This document shows, in pieces, positions 1 through 11,970 of a stretch of DNA of 64,000 bases. The position numbers were made by a program, and so were the translations under genes. The stretch is taken from the NCBI GenBank assembly GCA_030324005.1, contig JARDVH010000110.1, forward strand, positions 51,552,773 to 51,616,772. The letters run 5' to 3'. The notes under the pieces were generated by a model, which was not told the origin of the DNA, ran no database searches, and saw nothing but the letters and a program-made list of their open reading frames with translations. Within the stretch, counting starts at the first letter, position 1. Each line of letters begins with the position of its first letter. This stretch comes from Negaprion brevirostris. Taxonomy: Eukaryota.

Positions 1-1334
1 GGATGCCGTGGTCGGGGGAGGGGCAGTGGGAAGGCCGTCTCCACTGTTTACCCTGCCACTAGTATGATATCAGCAGAAAATGGTAGATGATGCGTGCAGT
101 GTCACCTGCCATTCCAACTTATTTTTAGCAGTCCCTTGCTTTCCAGCCCACTATCGGGGAGGATTAAAAATTCTAGCTCACAATTCTTTGATTCTGTTTC
201 CCAGTTTTCTCCAATCTCTCTTGAAGATACTGCTCATACACACTACTATTTTGTTCCATGCTGTTAGCCTCCAGAATCTTGCCCAAGTGGGGACTCTTCC
301 ATTTAGACAGTTTGCTTCAGTCTCCAGTTTTTGTTCCAGCCTTGTGGAAAGTGATTCATTTCAGCTCATCATAGGAAAGCGTAGATACACTGATATATGT
401 TAGACTGGGATTGTACCTGCTTAGATCTAATACTCAATGTTTAAGTAGCCTGCCAACACCAGCTGTGTGGTATGGGAAATCAAGGAGATGAGGGCTATTT
501 TCCTTTATTCATTTACAGGATGTGGGCCAACATTTATTGCTCTTTCCTGACTGCCCTCGCCCTTCAGAGACTGTTTAAGAGTCAATTACAATGCTGTGGG
601 TCTGAAGTCACATGTAGGCCAGACCAGGTAAGGACGATAGATTTCCTTCTGTAAAGGACATTTATGAACCAGATGAGTTTTCACGACACTCAACAATAGT
701 TTCATGGTCACCTTAGACTTTTAATTCCAGATTCTTTTTTATTGAATTCAAATTTTGCCCATCTGCCGTGGTGGGATTTGAACCTGACTCTCCAGGCCTT
801 GCCCTAGATCTCTGGATTATTAGTCTAGTGACAATATCGCTAAGCTACTTCCTCCCCTAATGGTCATAATTACAAATACAGGGTGGCAGTGCCTCAGATT
901 ATCATTGGGAGGACTACAGGTGCACTCCGACTCTTCTTGTCTCTAGATAAATAATTGAGCATTTATGCACTCGCTCTGGCACCAATAAAACAGGTCAGAA
1001 AATGTCCACTACACATTCTGATCCATTCTGATGGGGAATGTATGTAAATTGCCAATTGAAATTGGTCTGTTGCCTCAAACAAGTGCTTTAGGGCCCAATG
1101 TTAACCCACTTTGAAAGTGACTGTGGCAGAGGATGATGGTAACAGGGTGGCAAGTCTATCATTCCCATTTTGAGATCATTACCCTCTTGCTAATATTTAT
1201 TCTACAAAGTTTAAATTGAACTCCCATTGTATCTCATCTGAATAATCTAAATCGACTTTGGCAATTTCTTAATATTGATAAATAATAGTCAGGGAATAAA
1301 TGTTTTTTTTCTCTTTCTCACTGATTTTTTTTCT

Positions 1335-1910
1335 TGAGCATTATTGAAAAACGAGACATGATGCTGTCAAAGTTTTTCACCTTGCATTCACCAGGAGGGA
1401 CACAAGATTGCCAAATTTCAAAGGGAACATTGATAATTGATATAGCATGAGAAGAGGGGTGCTGATTGGTTGGCAAGGCCATTCTGATTGGTCAGGACAT
1501 TGGCATGGCAAATGTACCAGGGGGCTGCTGTCGCCATGCTTTTAGTTAATGAAGCAAGGTGCAATGTTTGGATATATTCCTTTTGCCTAAAGAAGACAGG
1601 TGCCTGCATTTGAACTGATGTAGCTTTTAGCAAGCAGAAGTGAGCTACATTGTGAAGCCAACTGATAATCTTTATGTAATTCTTAGCAAACTCAAGATTT
1701 TTCAGAAAGTGCTGCTCAGTTGTAGAATTGCGGGTTGGTTGAGTATGGTCAATACCCTGCTGATCATGAACAGCTGCAAGCTGAAAGTGCATATTGTTTG
1801 ATATGATCTGCCTTATAGGGACATACGGCCTATGGACCTGGAATTGCACTGGCATTGATCGTCATATACCCCATTAATTATTTGTGTGTTAGGCAGGATG
1901 TCTTTTTGGT
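1335..1910 (-). mobile_element. Penelope-like element 3' part (decayed GIY-YIG endonuclease and tail)
   Basis: Translates to fragments GVYDDQCQCNSRSIGR and AHFCLLKATSVQMQAPVFFRQKEYIQTL, like PLE GIY-YIG. The tail has a degenerate hammerhead core near 1360-1395. Confidence 0.7.
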
Positions 1911-2394
1911 CTGATGTCTAAATCTTATTATTGCAAATCACCACTTTTGCTGCTGCCGCAATGCCCCCTGGACATTGGCAACTTGAGCAGTGCCAAGGGG
2001 CCCAGGTTGGCACTACCAAAGTGTCAATGCCAAGGGGGCACCCTCCCAACACTTAACCCACTAGGGCACCTCAATTGTCCCCCCCTTCACTCCAGTGGGG
2101 TTGGGCTGCCAGTTCCCCACAAATAGGGAGCTAATGTAGCTTCTGTGGGCTACTATAGCTACTAGTGGGCCCACAGATTTCAGTCCCAGGCCCACCACTA
2201 GCATTGTTATAGCATACAAGTTACCTGCTGCATAGTGCATTAAGCTCAGTGCCTATTTCGGGTGTGGAGCGGATGGTGCCAGAAATCCGGCACTAGGGGA
2301 TGCACTCAGGCCTGGATGCCTAGCTTGGAACCCACAAATCTTCAATCTCCTGACCCGTTATGCTAAAAAATCAGTGCAGCAAAATGGGAGAAAC

Positions 2395-2785
2395 ACTCCC
2401 ATAATGCAATTGGACAGCACTTAATGAACAAGCTCAAATGTGCTAAGAGTTACTAACAACTAATTTAAGATTATCAGTTGGTTTGCAATTTAGTTCACAT
2501 ATGCTTGCTAGAAACAACATATATTGATTACACAGTGACCTGTCCTCTGCAGGCAAAAGGAACATGACCAGATAATGCAGCACTTTTTGAACAAAAGCAT
2601 ATAACTCCCGGGTGCATATGCCATGGCAATATCTCAACCAATTGGATCCAACTTGCCAACCAATCACTCTTGCTTTCTTGGGCAGCACAAATTGTTATTT
2701 CTTCTGAAATTTGGTATTCTTGTGGCTGCCTTGATGAGTGCAAAGTGACAAGCTTCTATATATTTTTTCAGTGATACTCAAATTC
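2395..2785 (+). mobile_element. Penelope-like element 3' part (same family)
   Basis: NAIGQHLMNKLKCAKSY...LLETTYI...PVLCRQKEH, then TTGATGAGTGCAAAGTGACAAGCTT (degenerate hammerhead core). Confidence 0.7.
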
Positions 2786-3559
2786 TTTACCACCAGGAAA
2801 TTATTTTCTCTTTGCCAATTTCACCCCTTTTCTCAATGATATCATAGGATTTGTACTATCTTCTTCATTAAATCCAGGTGTAAGCTTATAAAACATCATA
2901 TAATTGAAATTCTCAAGGCAGCCATTTGTAATTGAAATAAATAGGGATTCCAATAAAAAATATACTGTTATATTTCTGCTGTTACTCATTCTTCAAACTA
3001 CCCAAACCTTTTGACTAAATTATAGCCTTATAATTGTTTCCAAGTATCTATTACTTAACCACCTGAGCCTCTCCTGGGATTCTTCCCAATTGTCTATTGT
3101 TCCTATAATATTTACTACTTCACAACTATATTTACACAGACTAAAATAGTAGCACTCACTGGATAGTCATGATCTAAAGCTGATGATTTTCCAGGCTCAT
3201 AATCAAACACACTCCTTGGTTTAGCACGATAGCCACAGGCATCAACTTCGTCATTTGTAGGTAACGAGTTGCTTCTGATGAAAAATGTTCAAATATTAGC
3301 AATAAATTTCATGTTTTGCATTGTTATTGTCAGTACACTATAATGATTGTATGGTGGTGCGCGCCTAGGCAACACAATACCGTATGGGTCTGTTTCAATG
3401 ATTTGCCAGAGAACTAATTGCCATTCTTGACTGGACGAGAAGAAAAAACATTGTGAAGTACCTCATGGCCCCAGGTCTTTCCTGCTTCCCAAAAGCAGGA
3501 TGTAACTACCATTGTCATTGGTGTTCCCTGTAAATGGGGCAGTGAACCAGTACTGGGCA

Positions 3560-3900
3560 GATGTAAGTATTGCATTTCCACTGGCGGGTGAAACTAGAGC
3601 TAGCAGGCATGGCCTCAAAATAAGGGGGAGCAGATTTAGGACTGAGTTGAGGAGGAACTTCTTCACTCAAAGGGCTGTGAATCTGTAGAATTCCCTGCCC
3701 AGTGAAGCAGTTAAAGCTACCTCACTGAATGTTTTTAAGGCAAGGATAGATAAATTTGAACAGCAAAGGAGTTAAGGGTTATGGTGAGCAGATGGGTCAG
3801 AGGAGCTGAGTCCATAAAAAGATCAGTCATGATCTTATTGAATGGTTTGAGGGGTCAGATGGTCTACTTCTGCTCCTAGTTCTTATGTTTTTATTATGTT
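3560..3900 (+). mobile_element. CR1 LINE 3' end
   Basis: FRTELRRNFFTQRAVNL ORF2 end plus a 3' UTR ending ctacttctgctcctagttcttatgtt. Confidence 0.8.
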
Positions 3901-5509
3901 CCCATTTTTTAAACTGTGGATAATAACTGGAAGATATGTCTGAACTTGAAAAGTAATTGGTTATAAAAACACGGTAAAGGTGCCAGGGCAGGTGATGCAT
4001 TGTGGCTGCAGCCCTGGGAGTTGGTTGACGTCAGCATGGTCCACATCAACAATAAATATCTACACCTCAAGGAACATTGGCTCAGAGTTGATGCACTGGA
4101 GCCTGAACTTCAGAGACTGCAGTACAACAGGGAGGGTAAATGTTACCTGGGCATTTTATTCCAGGAGGCAGTCACATCCATTAAGCTAAGTCCTTCTGAT
4201 TCAGTCCGTGATCAGGGATAGGAGGTTGTGATGCAAAGGGGTAGATCTAGGCACCCATAAGGTAGCAATAGAGAAATCTCAACCCCTACAATTGTCCATC
4301 AAGTTCAAGATTCTTAGCAGTTTGTGTGGATGAGAGCAGGGACTGAAAGGTGGACAAGTTAAGCTGACTGTAACACTATTGTGAAGGAAGGTGGTGGGAG
4401 TAAAAGGAATGTAGTTTAATAGGAGACATTATCGTTTGGTGATGGACACTGTTCTCTACAGTCGAGAGAGTCCCAAAGGCTTTGCTTGCCCTCTGAGCTC
4501 TTGATGTTGACATTGGCATTGACATTACACAAAGGTAAGGATTGGTTCCCACACTTGTTATCGCACCATTTGATCAGCAAAAGGTTTCACTGTGCCCCAA
4601 CAAAAATTATAAATTGAACAATAATGACTATTTTAAATTGATAATTATTTGCTTATGATTAATAAGGTTGATTAATGAGAGTCTGGAAAATGTTAGGGGC
4701 ATTGGCCAATCTAAATTTTCCCTCAATGTACTTGAATGGGCGCCAGAGTGTGTACGCAGTAACTTCTTTGCAGGGGTAATGTAAGCCTACTTGTGACACA
4801 AAGAAATAAACTTAAACAAACTGAACAGCTTCACTCCTATACTCATCAATTCCAGAAAGAGATCTGCCTACCCCAGACAGTTTATTGATTCAAAGTCTGG
4901 CCGAGACAGGTCAAGTCAGTTCTACATAATGTAGTGCAACTGAAATTATGTTCAGCCTCAGTTCTTCCATCTGTGAACTGACGTACTGTTCTGGAACTAT
5001 AACCAGGAGACCATTGAAACTTCAATTTCTTTAAAGAAGAAATGAATCATCTCATTGTTGGTGTTCTTATCTGAGCACACTTACATCTAGGGAAAAAAAG
5101 ATAACAGACTGACAGCACACTGGACTGAACATAGTAGGATTATAGTTGAAATTTACAGCTCATCTCAAAGAGCATTGAGTCATGTCCACGTCCTTTAGAA
5201 TGACAAAGCTGCAGTATAATGTTCTAGAGCTATTTCAATTTCAATTTCAATTAGGTTTATGGGCAGGGCACACTATTTTCAGCTTCAAATGCTTTCTTCC
5301 GTGTATATCAAATCCCTCTAATTAAATGGGATATTTTATATGTCAATGAGCATTGATAGGAATGGTGGTATTGTCCCATCATCAAAGTTAAGTTATTAAA
5401 AATTGGAAGGATCCACATTATTGGGTAACTATATTTGTACATGAGCGGTCAAGCATCACAATAAATCCACGGACAATTTCTCCTTTCACTAACTGCGAGG
5501 GACACTTAC

Positions 5510-5580
5510 CTCAAATTCGTATACCCATTTCCCCATTCAATGCTGAGGTTGAGACTTGTAATTTTTGAAATAGCATCTCT
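5510..5580 (-). CDS. Candidate next exon; in the expected phase it reads EMLFQKLQVSTSALNGEMGIRI-stop (TGA at 5511-5513)
   Basis: cactcag| acceptor and perfect GAG|GTAAGT donor. The reading frame is ambiguous (see findings). Confidence 0.45.
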
Positions 5581-6438
5581 CTGAGTGGCCAGAGTAGATG
5601 ATAACTCCCCCCCACCCCCCCACCCGGCCCCCCCGCCCCCGCCTGCCCCGCGTGCCCCCNNNNNNNNNNACCCATCTGTGGTGCAAACGTCAGTTTCAAC
5701 ATGGCCAATTTAAGTAAAGGCTGCCCAGTGGCATTCGGTTCAGGGAGCTCCCTATAGGAGCAGAATGGGAAGAAGCACTGCCCTTAAGCAATGCCCTACT
5801 GTGATTGCAAGCTGGCCTCAGAAGAAGAGCAATGGATCCAGGACTAGTGGTAATCCCGGGCTTTTACGGCAGGAAGGAATATGTCACCTGAGGGAGAGGG
5901 TGGCAGGAGAGGGTGGTGACGTGTTTAGGAGGCCAGAAGAGGAAGCATGAGTGACGGGCATTGTCTTTGGGAGATGCCCCTTAAGGGCAACAAAGCCCCC
6001 TGCAAAGGACATACTTGTCTTCCTTCCTGCCTTTTAACCAGTTGTGTTTAAAAAACTGAGTTCTAGCCCCTGCCCACCCTCTCATGCCAACCTCATTTTG
6101 GTGTGGGCAGCATAATATTTGAGTCAATTATCTTGTTACAAACCTCAGATGCCCATTAATAATTTTTTTTATTAAAATGGTAGGCAGGCTGCCTGATTTA
6201 CAGGGACTGTGTTGGGCGGAGAGGGGGCAGGTGGGAGGTAAGGTGGTGGGCTAGCCACAGCCACCATTATATTTTATGTGCCTCCTGCCAGAATATCTCC
6301 TGATGAGATGAGTGGAGGTGGGTTATGAGTTGTGTAAAATGGAAGTACCTCTCTGCGGTTGCTCTGTGACCCAAGCAGCTTGTAATACCTGGAGCCTTTG
6401 TTCAATAAATTCCTTAGGGTAAGAGATACACAACTTAC

Positions 6439-6877
6439 TCTTCACCAGTGGCTTTGGTAGGAGGACACGAATGAGGATCTTTTGCTGCCAGTGAATTGCA
6501 GGGTACTTCTGCAGGTTCTGTAGGCTGACAAACACTTGGAGGGGCTGTGCAATTCTGACTGAAGGTGTCACGAAGGTCAGCTGATAAAGATATTGTGCAG
6601 CTTTGATCACTTTTGCTGTCTGAAATGCTGGGATGCAGACACTGTGATTGAGGGTTGCATTTTTGATTTTCACGATCAGAGCTGCTGAGTGGTCCTGGCA
6701 AAAGTGGCCCTTTAATTGTGCAGCTGTCCTTTGTTGTTGAACTGCAGGGCAAGTGTCTGGTTAGTTGAGATCTTGATCTATAATCTGTGGCAGGACAGGA
6801 AAGGGGCTGCTGTTTTGTTGAATTGGGCTCCCACTTCTTCATCCTGGCATCAACAATAGAAGACATCCCATAATTCT
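6439..6877 (-). CDS. Large coding exon KNYGMSSIVDARMKKWEPNSTKQQ...PPTKATGE
   Basis: Acceptor ctctctattgcag|, 439-nt open frame (ORF track 6435..6866), donor AGA|GTAAGT; phase 1 to 2. Confidence 0.75.
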
Positions 6878-7204
6878 CTGCAATAGAGAGGCAATAATAT
6901 AATTAACTGCCTCAACAAATTGTAAGCTTCCCAAGTATTTCCACATTTTACGCACAAAAATGTTCACAGATAAGCTTCAAGCAGTGATCAAAAAGGACAC
7001 AAATAATTTAAAGATGAACAGCTTTGAGTTAAATCTTCTTCCAAGTGGTGACTTGCACAACTATGCAAACTTCAATTGGGCATCATGGTTAAAATAGTTA
7101 TTCCGTAATTTAAAGCTTTATGGATATTGGCTGGAATTCTATGACCTCATTTGCAACAGGAATTTTGCGGTCCTGCTTCAATGAACAGAGCTTTGGTTTT
7201 TCTT

Positions 7205-7565
7205 TCATATTATTTGTGGGGCAGGGACATCACTGGCTGGCCATCAATTATTACCCATCCCCAGTTGTTCTTGGAGGGCAATTGAGAGTCAACCACATTG
7301 CTGTGGTTCTGGAGTCACAGGTAAGCCAGCCCATAAAAGATGGCAGATTTCCTTCCCTAAAGAACATAAGTGAACCAGATGGGCTTTTCCAACAATTGAC
7401 CATGGTTTCATGGTCATCAGTAGATTCTTAATTCCAGATTTTTTAAAAATTGAATTCAAATTTCATCATCTGCCATGGCAGGATTCAAACCGGGTCCCCA
7501 GAACATTAACTAAATTTCTGGATTAATAGTCGAGTGATAATACCTCTGGGCCATTGCTTCCCCAC
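7205..7565 (-). mobile_element. tRNA-derived SINE with a LINE-derived tail (third SINE family)
   Basis: Similar copies at 505-860(-) and 9500-10175(+, interrupted by an HE1 copy); the tail is shared with the LINE at 19190. Confidence 0.7.
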
Positions 7566-7785
7566 TCGGCTGTGCGCCAAGTTCTCCATTCTCACTGTTA
7601 GCAGTAGCAGGGCAAGCGAGACTGGAGAATTCTGGCCATTATGTCATGTGTGCAGCATGGACAACTATTTCTACAGGCAAGCCCATACTTGTAAAGTACT
7701 GAAACCTGAGTTTCTAGGCACTGTAGCCTCGCAAGCAGCATATCTGACTGCAGAATAAATCTCCAGTCCTTGCTAATAAGCTTAC

Positions 7786-7882
7786 TGACTGTAGCAGGGG
7801 ATACTTTTTGCCCTCTAGGTCCTTTCAATGAACGTGTAGTAATCTGACAGATTACATCTGCCAGACTACATTGTGTATCAAG
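7786..7882 (-). CDS. Coding exon LDTQCSLADVICQITTRSLKGPRGQKVSPATV
   Basis: Acceptor ttaactttattctgaatcag|, donor TCA|GTAAGC; phase 0 to 1, bridging the flanking exons exactly. Confidence 0.65.
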
Positions 7883-8286
7883 CTGATTCAGAATAAAGTT
7901 AAACAGAGGCAAGACTAGCAGATGAGAGTACGTCAGGTAATTCCACAGTATTCCTTTCGAAGCAAGTCAGGGAACTGTTTGCTGTTTAATGTAAATACTG
8001 TGTGCTCTTGTTTGAATGGCTCTTGCCTCCACTCAAATGGCAACACTGAAAAAGAGAACTGGGAAATGCTATAGATTATTCTTTTGTCAGTCAGACTCTG
8101 GCCATGACATTGTCAATTAACATCAGCTCCAGACACCAAGGGTGAAATGCCTGATGGAATAGACTCATATCCCCTTGGTGAGTCAGCAGTAACAAATAGC
8201 TCTGTGTCTTTACTGCAGCCTGGTATTCACATTTTTAAACAGTTACATCTTTCTGAACAGACGTGTCCTGAACATGATTCCCTTAC

Positions 8287-8372
8287 CCCTGAACTATTAA
8301 TTCCTAGATGAAATGGACAATTACTATGGCAGCAGTTTGCAAACAACTTGGTAAATAGTTCTTGCTCATTTC
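8287..8372 (-). CDS. Coding exon GNEQELFTKLFANCCHSNCPFHLGINSSG
   Basis: Long polypyrimidine tract ending cttcag|, donor GGG|GTAAGG. Only the phase 1 to 0 frame is open, and that is the frame required. Confidence 0.7.
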
Positions 8373-10335
8373 CTGAAGTGTCAGTAAAAGCACCAGAGAA
8401 GAAAAAGGAGTTCAAAGGCATCTTAATAACAATTAAACATAGAGAATGTATGTACTGCAAATAGTCATTTCAGCTAGAGTAATGATCAATGTAAAATAAT
8501 CACAACTATAAATCCCTGTAAAATTATCTACACAAAGTCTATTATGGAAAACAAACCAACAAATCTTTTCTCCATTTTAGCCACCACAATAAGATATGTT
8601 GTCCTTCATTGTCAGTGATAAATGATGTCCCTTCAAGATGTGAACAGAACAAGCTGGTTTGTTAACTGTAATGAAAGAGTGCTTAACCTCTCTGCTAAGA
8701 GATCAGAGATCAAATTCCAGCCTTGGCTGACTTATCTGAGCTGAGGACATGAAAATAAAGTTGGGGGAAATTGAAAGAAAACAGAAAAAGGTCCCTGGGA
8801 TATTAATATATTTTTCCCATCTCAAGTATTAGGTTATTCAGTTCTGAGAGATAGGCCACTGAACCATGATTCTATCCTTACCCTATGGTCCTGCCTCCAA
8901 TAGTAATCAGATGGAGTGGACTGTGTGTAGTTTTCCCCTACCTTTTGCAATGAGTTCAGAAATCAGGAATCTGACAGTGTATTCCAACTGAACACAAATA
9001 AATCATTGTACTTTTATGTGAGTTCTCAGATTGCAAAATGCAGTCAGTGATGTAGATGAGATCTGTACTAATCCGCTCTAAAAAGCTAATCATTATTTTC
9101 ACATTTCAAAACATTCTAATAAAAGCTACAATAGAATGGGGGGAAAAAGATTATCCTGAAATGGTCATTTNNNNNNNNNNAGTCTAGGAGACTGGCAATG
9201 GGATATATAGACATATACACGGATACATTACAAAATGAAGCTTTTCCAAACCTTCCTGATGACAATTGCTAACGAATTTTTAAGTGCAATGTACTTTTCC
9301 AGTCCAGAAATGTATTGTTCCAAAACACCAGTTATCCAAAAAAGCCAAGCAGCTTATAGCATTGATTTAGCACAGTACTTTAGGAGCAGAAAGCAAAAAT
9401 ATTTTTCATTACTGCTTTATAATGTTTTATCACTTTTTCATGTTGCAGGTAAATATTTGTCTGCAGTATGTTCACGTACTTGTACTTAGGCATGCTTAGG
9501 GGGTGCAGTAGTAATGTCTTTAGACTAGTAATCCCGTCCTAATGCTCTACAGATGTGGGTTCAATCCCCACCATAACAGCTGATGAAATTTAAATTCAAT
9601 TAATAAAAGGCCTGGAATTGAAAGCTAGTCTCAGGAATGGTGACCACGGCAGTGGCACTGTTATTAGCACTCTTGTTTCACAGTGCCAGGGACCTGGATT
9701 CAATTCCAGCCCCAGGTGACTGTCTGTGTGGAGTTTGCACACTCTCCCCGTCTCTGTGTGGGCTTCCCCCAGGGGCTCCGATTTCCTCCCACAGCCCAAA
9801 GATGTCCAGGTTAGGTGGAATATTCATGCTAAATTGCCCCTTAGTACCCCAAGATGTGTAGGTTAGGGGATAATGTGTGGGGTTAAGGGAATGGGGCAGA
9901 GTGCATGTGGGCTTGGATAAGATGTTTTGTTGGAGAGTTTGTGCAGACTCGATGGGCTTAAAGGCCTTCTTAGGATTCTATAAAATTACTCTATGGATAA
10001 ACCCTTTAGGGAAGGAAATCTGCTGCCATGCTAACCTAACTAGCCTACATGCAACTCCAGATTCACAGCAATAACACACAATTGCCTTCTGAAATGGCCT
10101 AGCAAGCCACTCAGATCGAGAGCAATTCAGGGTGGGCAACAAATGCTGGTCTTGCAGGCTTATGTCTACATCCCATCAAAGAGTAAAAAAAACTCAAGTA
10201 ATTCCATAACCCAGGAAATTCCGAAAGCCAGAAGTGATTTGTTCCAAGTATTCTGGGCTGGAGAGGTTATATAGTTATATATTTGTATTAGTTTTAATTC
10301 CATGTAAATGCAACAGAGAATGGAACGTTGCTTAC

Positions 10336-10408
10336 CTGCCTTTAGTACACTGTAATCATTTTTAAACATTGATTTATACCAAGCCTTTGATTCGTCCTCA
10401 CCTGAAAC
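10336..10408 (-). CDS. SoHo-like exon VSGEDESKAWYKSMFKNDYSVLKA
   Basis: Acceptor ttcatctgtttcag| and consensus donor CAG|GTAAGC; phase 0 to 1. SKAWYKSMFK resembles the SORBS SoHo core (S/P)KDWYKTMFK. Confidence 0.75.
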
Positions 10409-11175
10409 CTGAAACAGATGAATTAAATCAGTATTTATCTCAATATTTTACCACATTGTTACAAAATGCAGGAAACATGTTTCCCCCAGTGTTCCTATCT
10501 AGCATCTGCAAGATTGTTAACCAGTTGTGATATTTCATTAATTTAGTCACCAAAGAATATGGTGCAGTGATTCTACTCCTTACTTATTCAGTAGGGTCAG
10601 GCAACGTGTGAGAAAAATTTAATCCAATTGATAAAAAAAGAGAATATAAGATGTGGAATTGCCAGTAAAACACTTATTCCCAATCCTCAGAAACAGTTTC
10701 CCTTCATTCATTCTATTTGATCCATTGATGATTGTAAACAGCTCTGTGAAATCCCCTCTTTTTCACAGATCCTTTTTTGCTCTATGGAGGACAAACCAAA
10801 CTTTCTGTGGCCTGTCCATATCACCCCTAGAACTTTTCTTCTGTACCCTCGCCAAAGCTTTCATGTCCTTTCTAAAGTGTGATTCCCAGAATTGGATACA
10901 ATATCCCAGTTGGATCTGAATTAGTGGCTTATAAAAGTGCAGCTTAACTGTCCTGCCATCTTCAAGGATTTGTTCACAAACATCCCCTTATCTCTGTCTG
11001 CACAGCTTTAAAATTGTATCACTGAGCTTATCTTATCTCACCTCACTGTTAACAAAATGCACCACCTCACAGCTTTCCATGTTGAATTTTGTGTCTGCTC
11101 ATTGCACCAGTCTGTCTATGATTTCTGCAACCATTTTTCTGATTACAAAAATACGGCATTAAGTAATATTGTCAC

Positions 11176-11351
11176 CTCGAAACGTAGGACCTGTGGGGTT
11201 ATTATTTCTGCATGAATTACTGTAACTGAAATTGCAATTGTTACAGAACTTTGAACTTGTTACAACAAGAATGTTTTCTGATAAAAGTAAGCAATTATGA
11301 ATAATTCCTCTGTTGCAGTTGTCCCCAAACTTTTTCCCATTGTCTAGTTGT
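11176..11351 (-). CDS. Alternative candidate exon QLDNGKKFGDNCNRG...NNPTGPTFR
   Basis: ttatcctag| ... GAG|GTGACA, open, phase 2 to 1. It would join the SoHo exon through the acceptor at 10401. No recognised homology. Confidence 0.3.
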
Positions 11352-11587
11352 CTAGGATAATAAGCTATCAATTTAATCTAGAACATTATGTTACAGTACA
11401 GGATATCCCAAGGGACAGATTTAAAAGGTGTAGTTGAGGAACACACAGTGAGCAATAACTTTTACCAGAGAAAATCATTTCAAAAATTCTGCAATCATGC
11501 AGATGACTTGTTTTCGAAAAATCAGTCATTTTCTGGTAGGCATCCAAGTTCTAAATCATTCCTTCCTGTCCAATTGTAAATGCTAAC

Positions 11588-11657
11588 TCCATAATTCTGT
11601 AATTTTTCTTCATGACTGACATCAGTGCAAGTATCATACGTGAAGGTTTTTCTCTGT
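11588..11657 (-). CDS. Candidate exon (K)QRKTFTYDTCTDVSHEEKLQNYG, N-terminal part of the SoHo-like region
   Basis: Phase 2 to 0 fits its neighbours. The splice sites are weak (aag|, GGA|GTTAGC). DVSHEE recalls SORBS1 DVSMDE just before KDWYKTMFK (from memory). Confidence 0.45.
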
Positions 11658-11729
11658 CTTGCAGTGGTTGAAAATAACCACAAATTATTTTATCATTTTG
11701 TTTTTCCCCTGAAATTAATAATTAGATTG

Positions 11730-11970
11730 AAACCTCGGGATGTGCTGGTTCAATTTTCATCTTATTTTCCAATGGCTTCAGTCCTCTTGATCTCTGTAAC
11801 CTTCTCTAGCCCTACAATGATCCCAGATATCTGTATTTCTCTAATTCTGGCCCCTTATACATTCCTGACTTTAATAAGTCTAGCTACTGGTGGCCATGTC
11901 TTCAGCTGCCTCGACTGTAAGCTCTGGAATTCCCACTCTCTCCTCCTTCAGATATACCTTTTTGGCTGAA
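11730..11970 (+). mobile_element. L2-type LINE 3' relic
   Basis: ...GGHVFSCLDCKLWNS matches the L2 ORF2 end GGRAFS..AP.LWNSLP. Confidence 0.55.

Noticed and set aside
2801-2989. Minus ORF ...TPGFNEEDSTNPMISLRKG as a further exon
   Set aside because: Weak splice sites and no phase-compatible neighbour.
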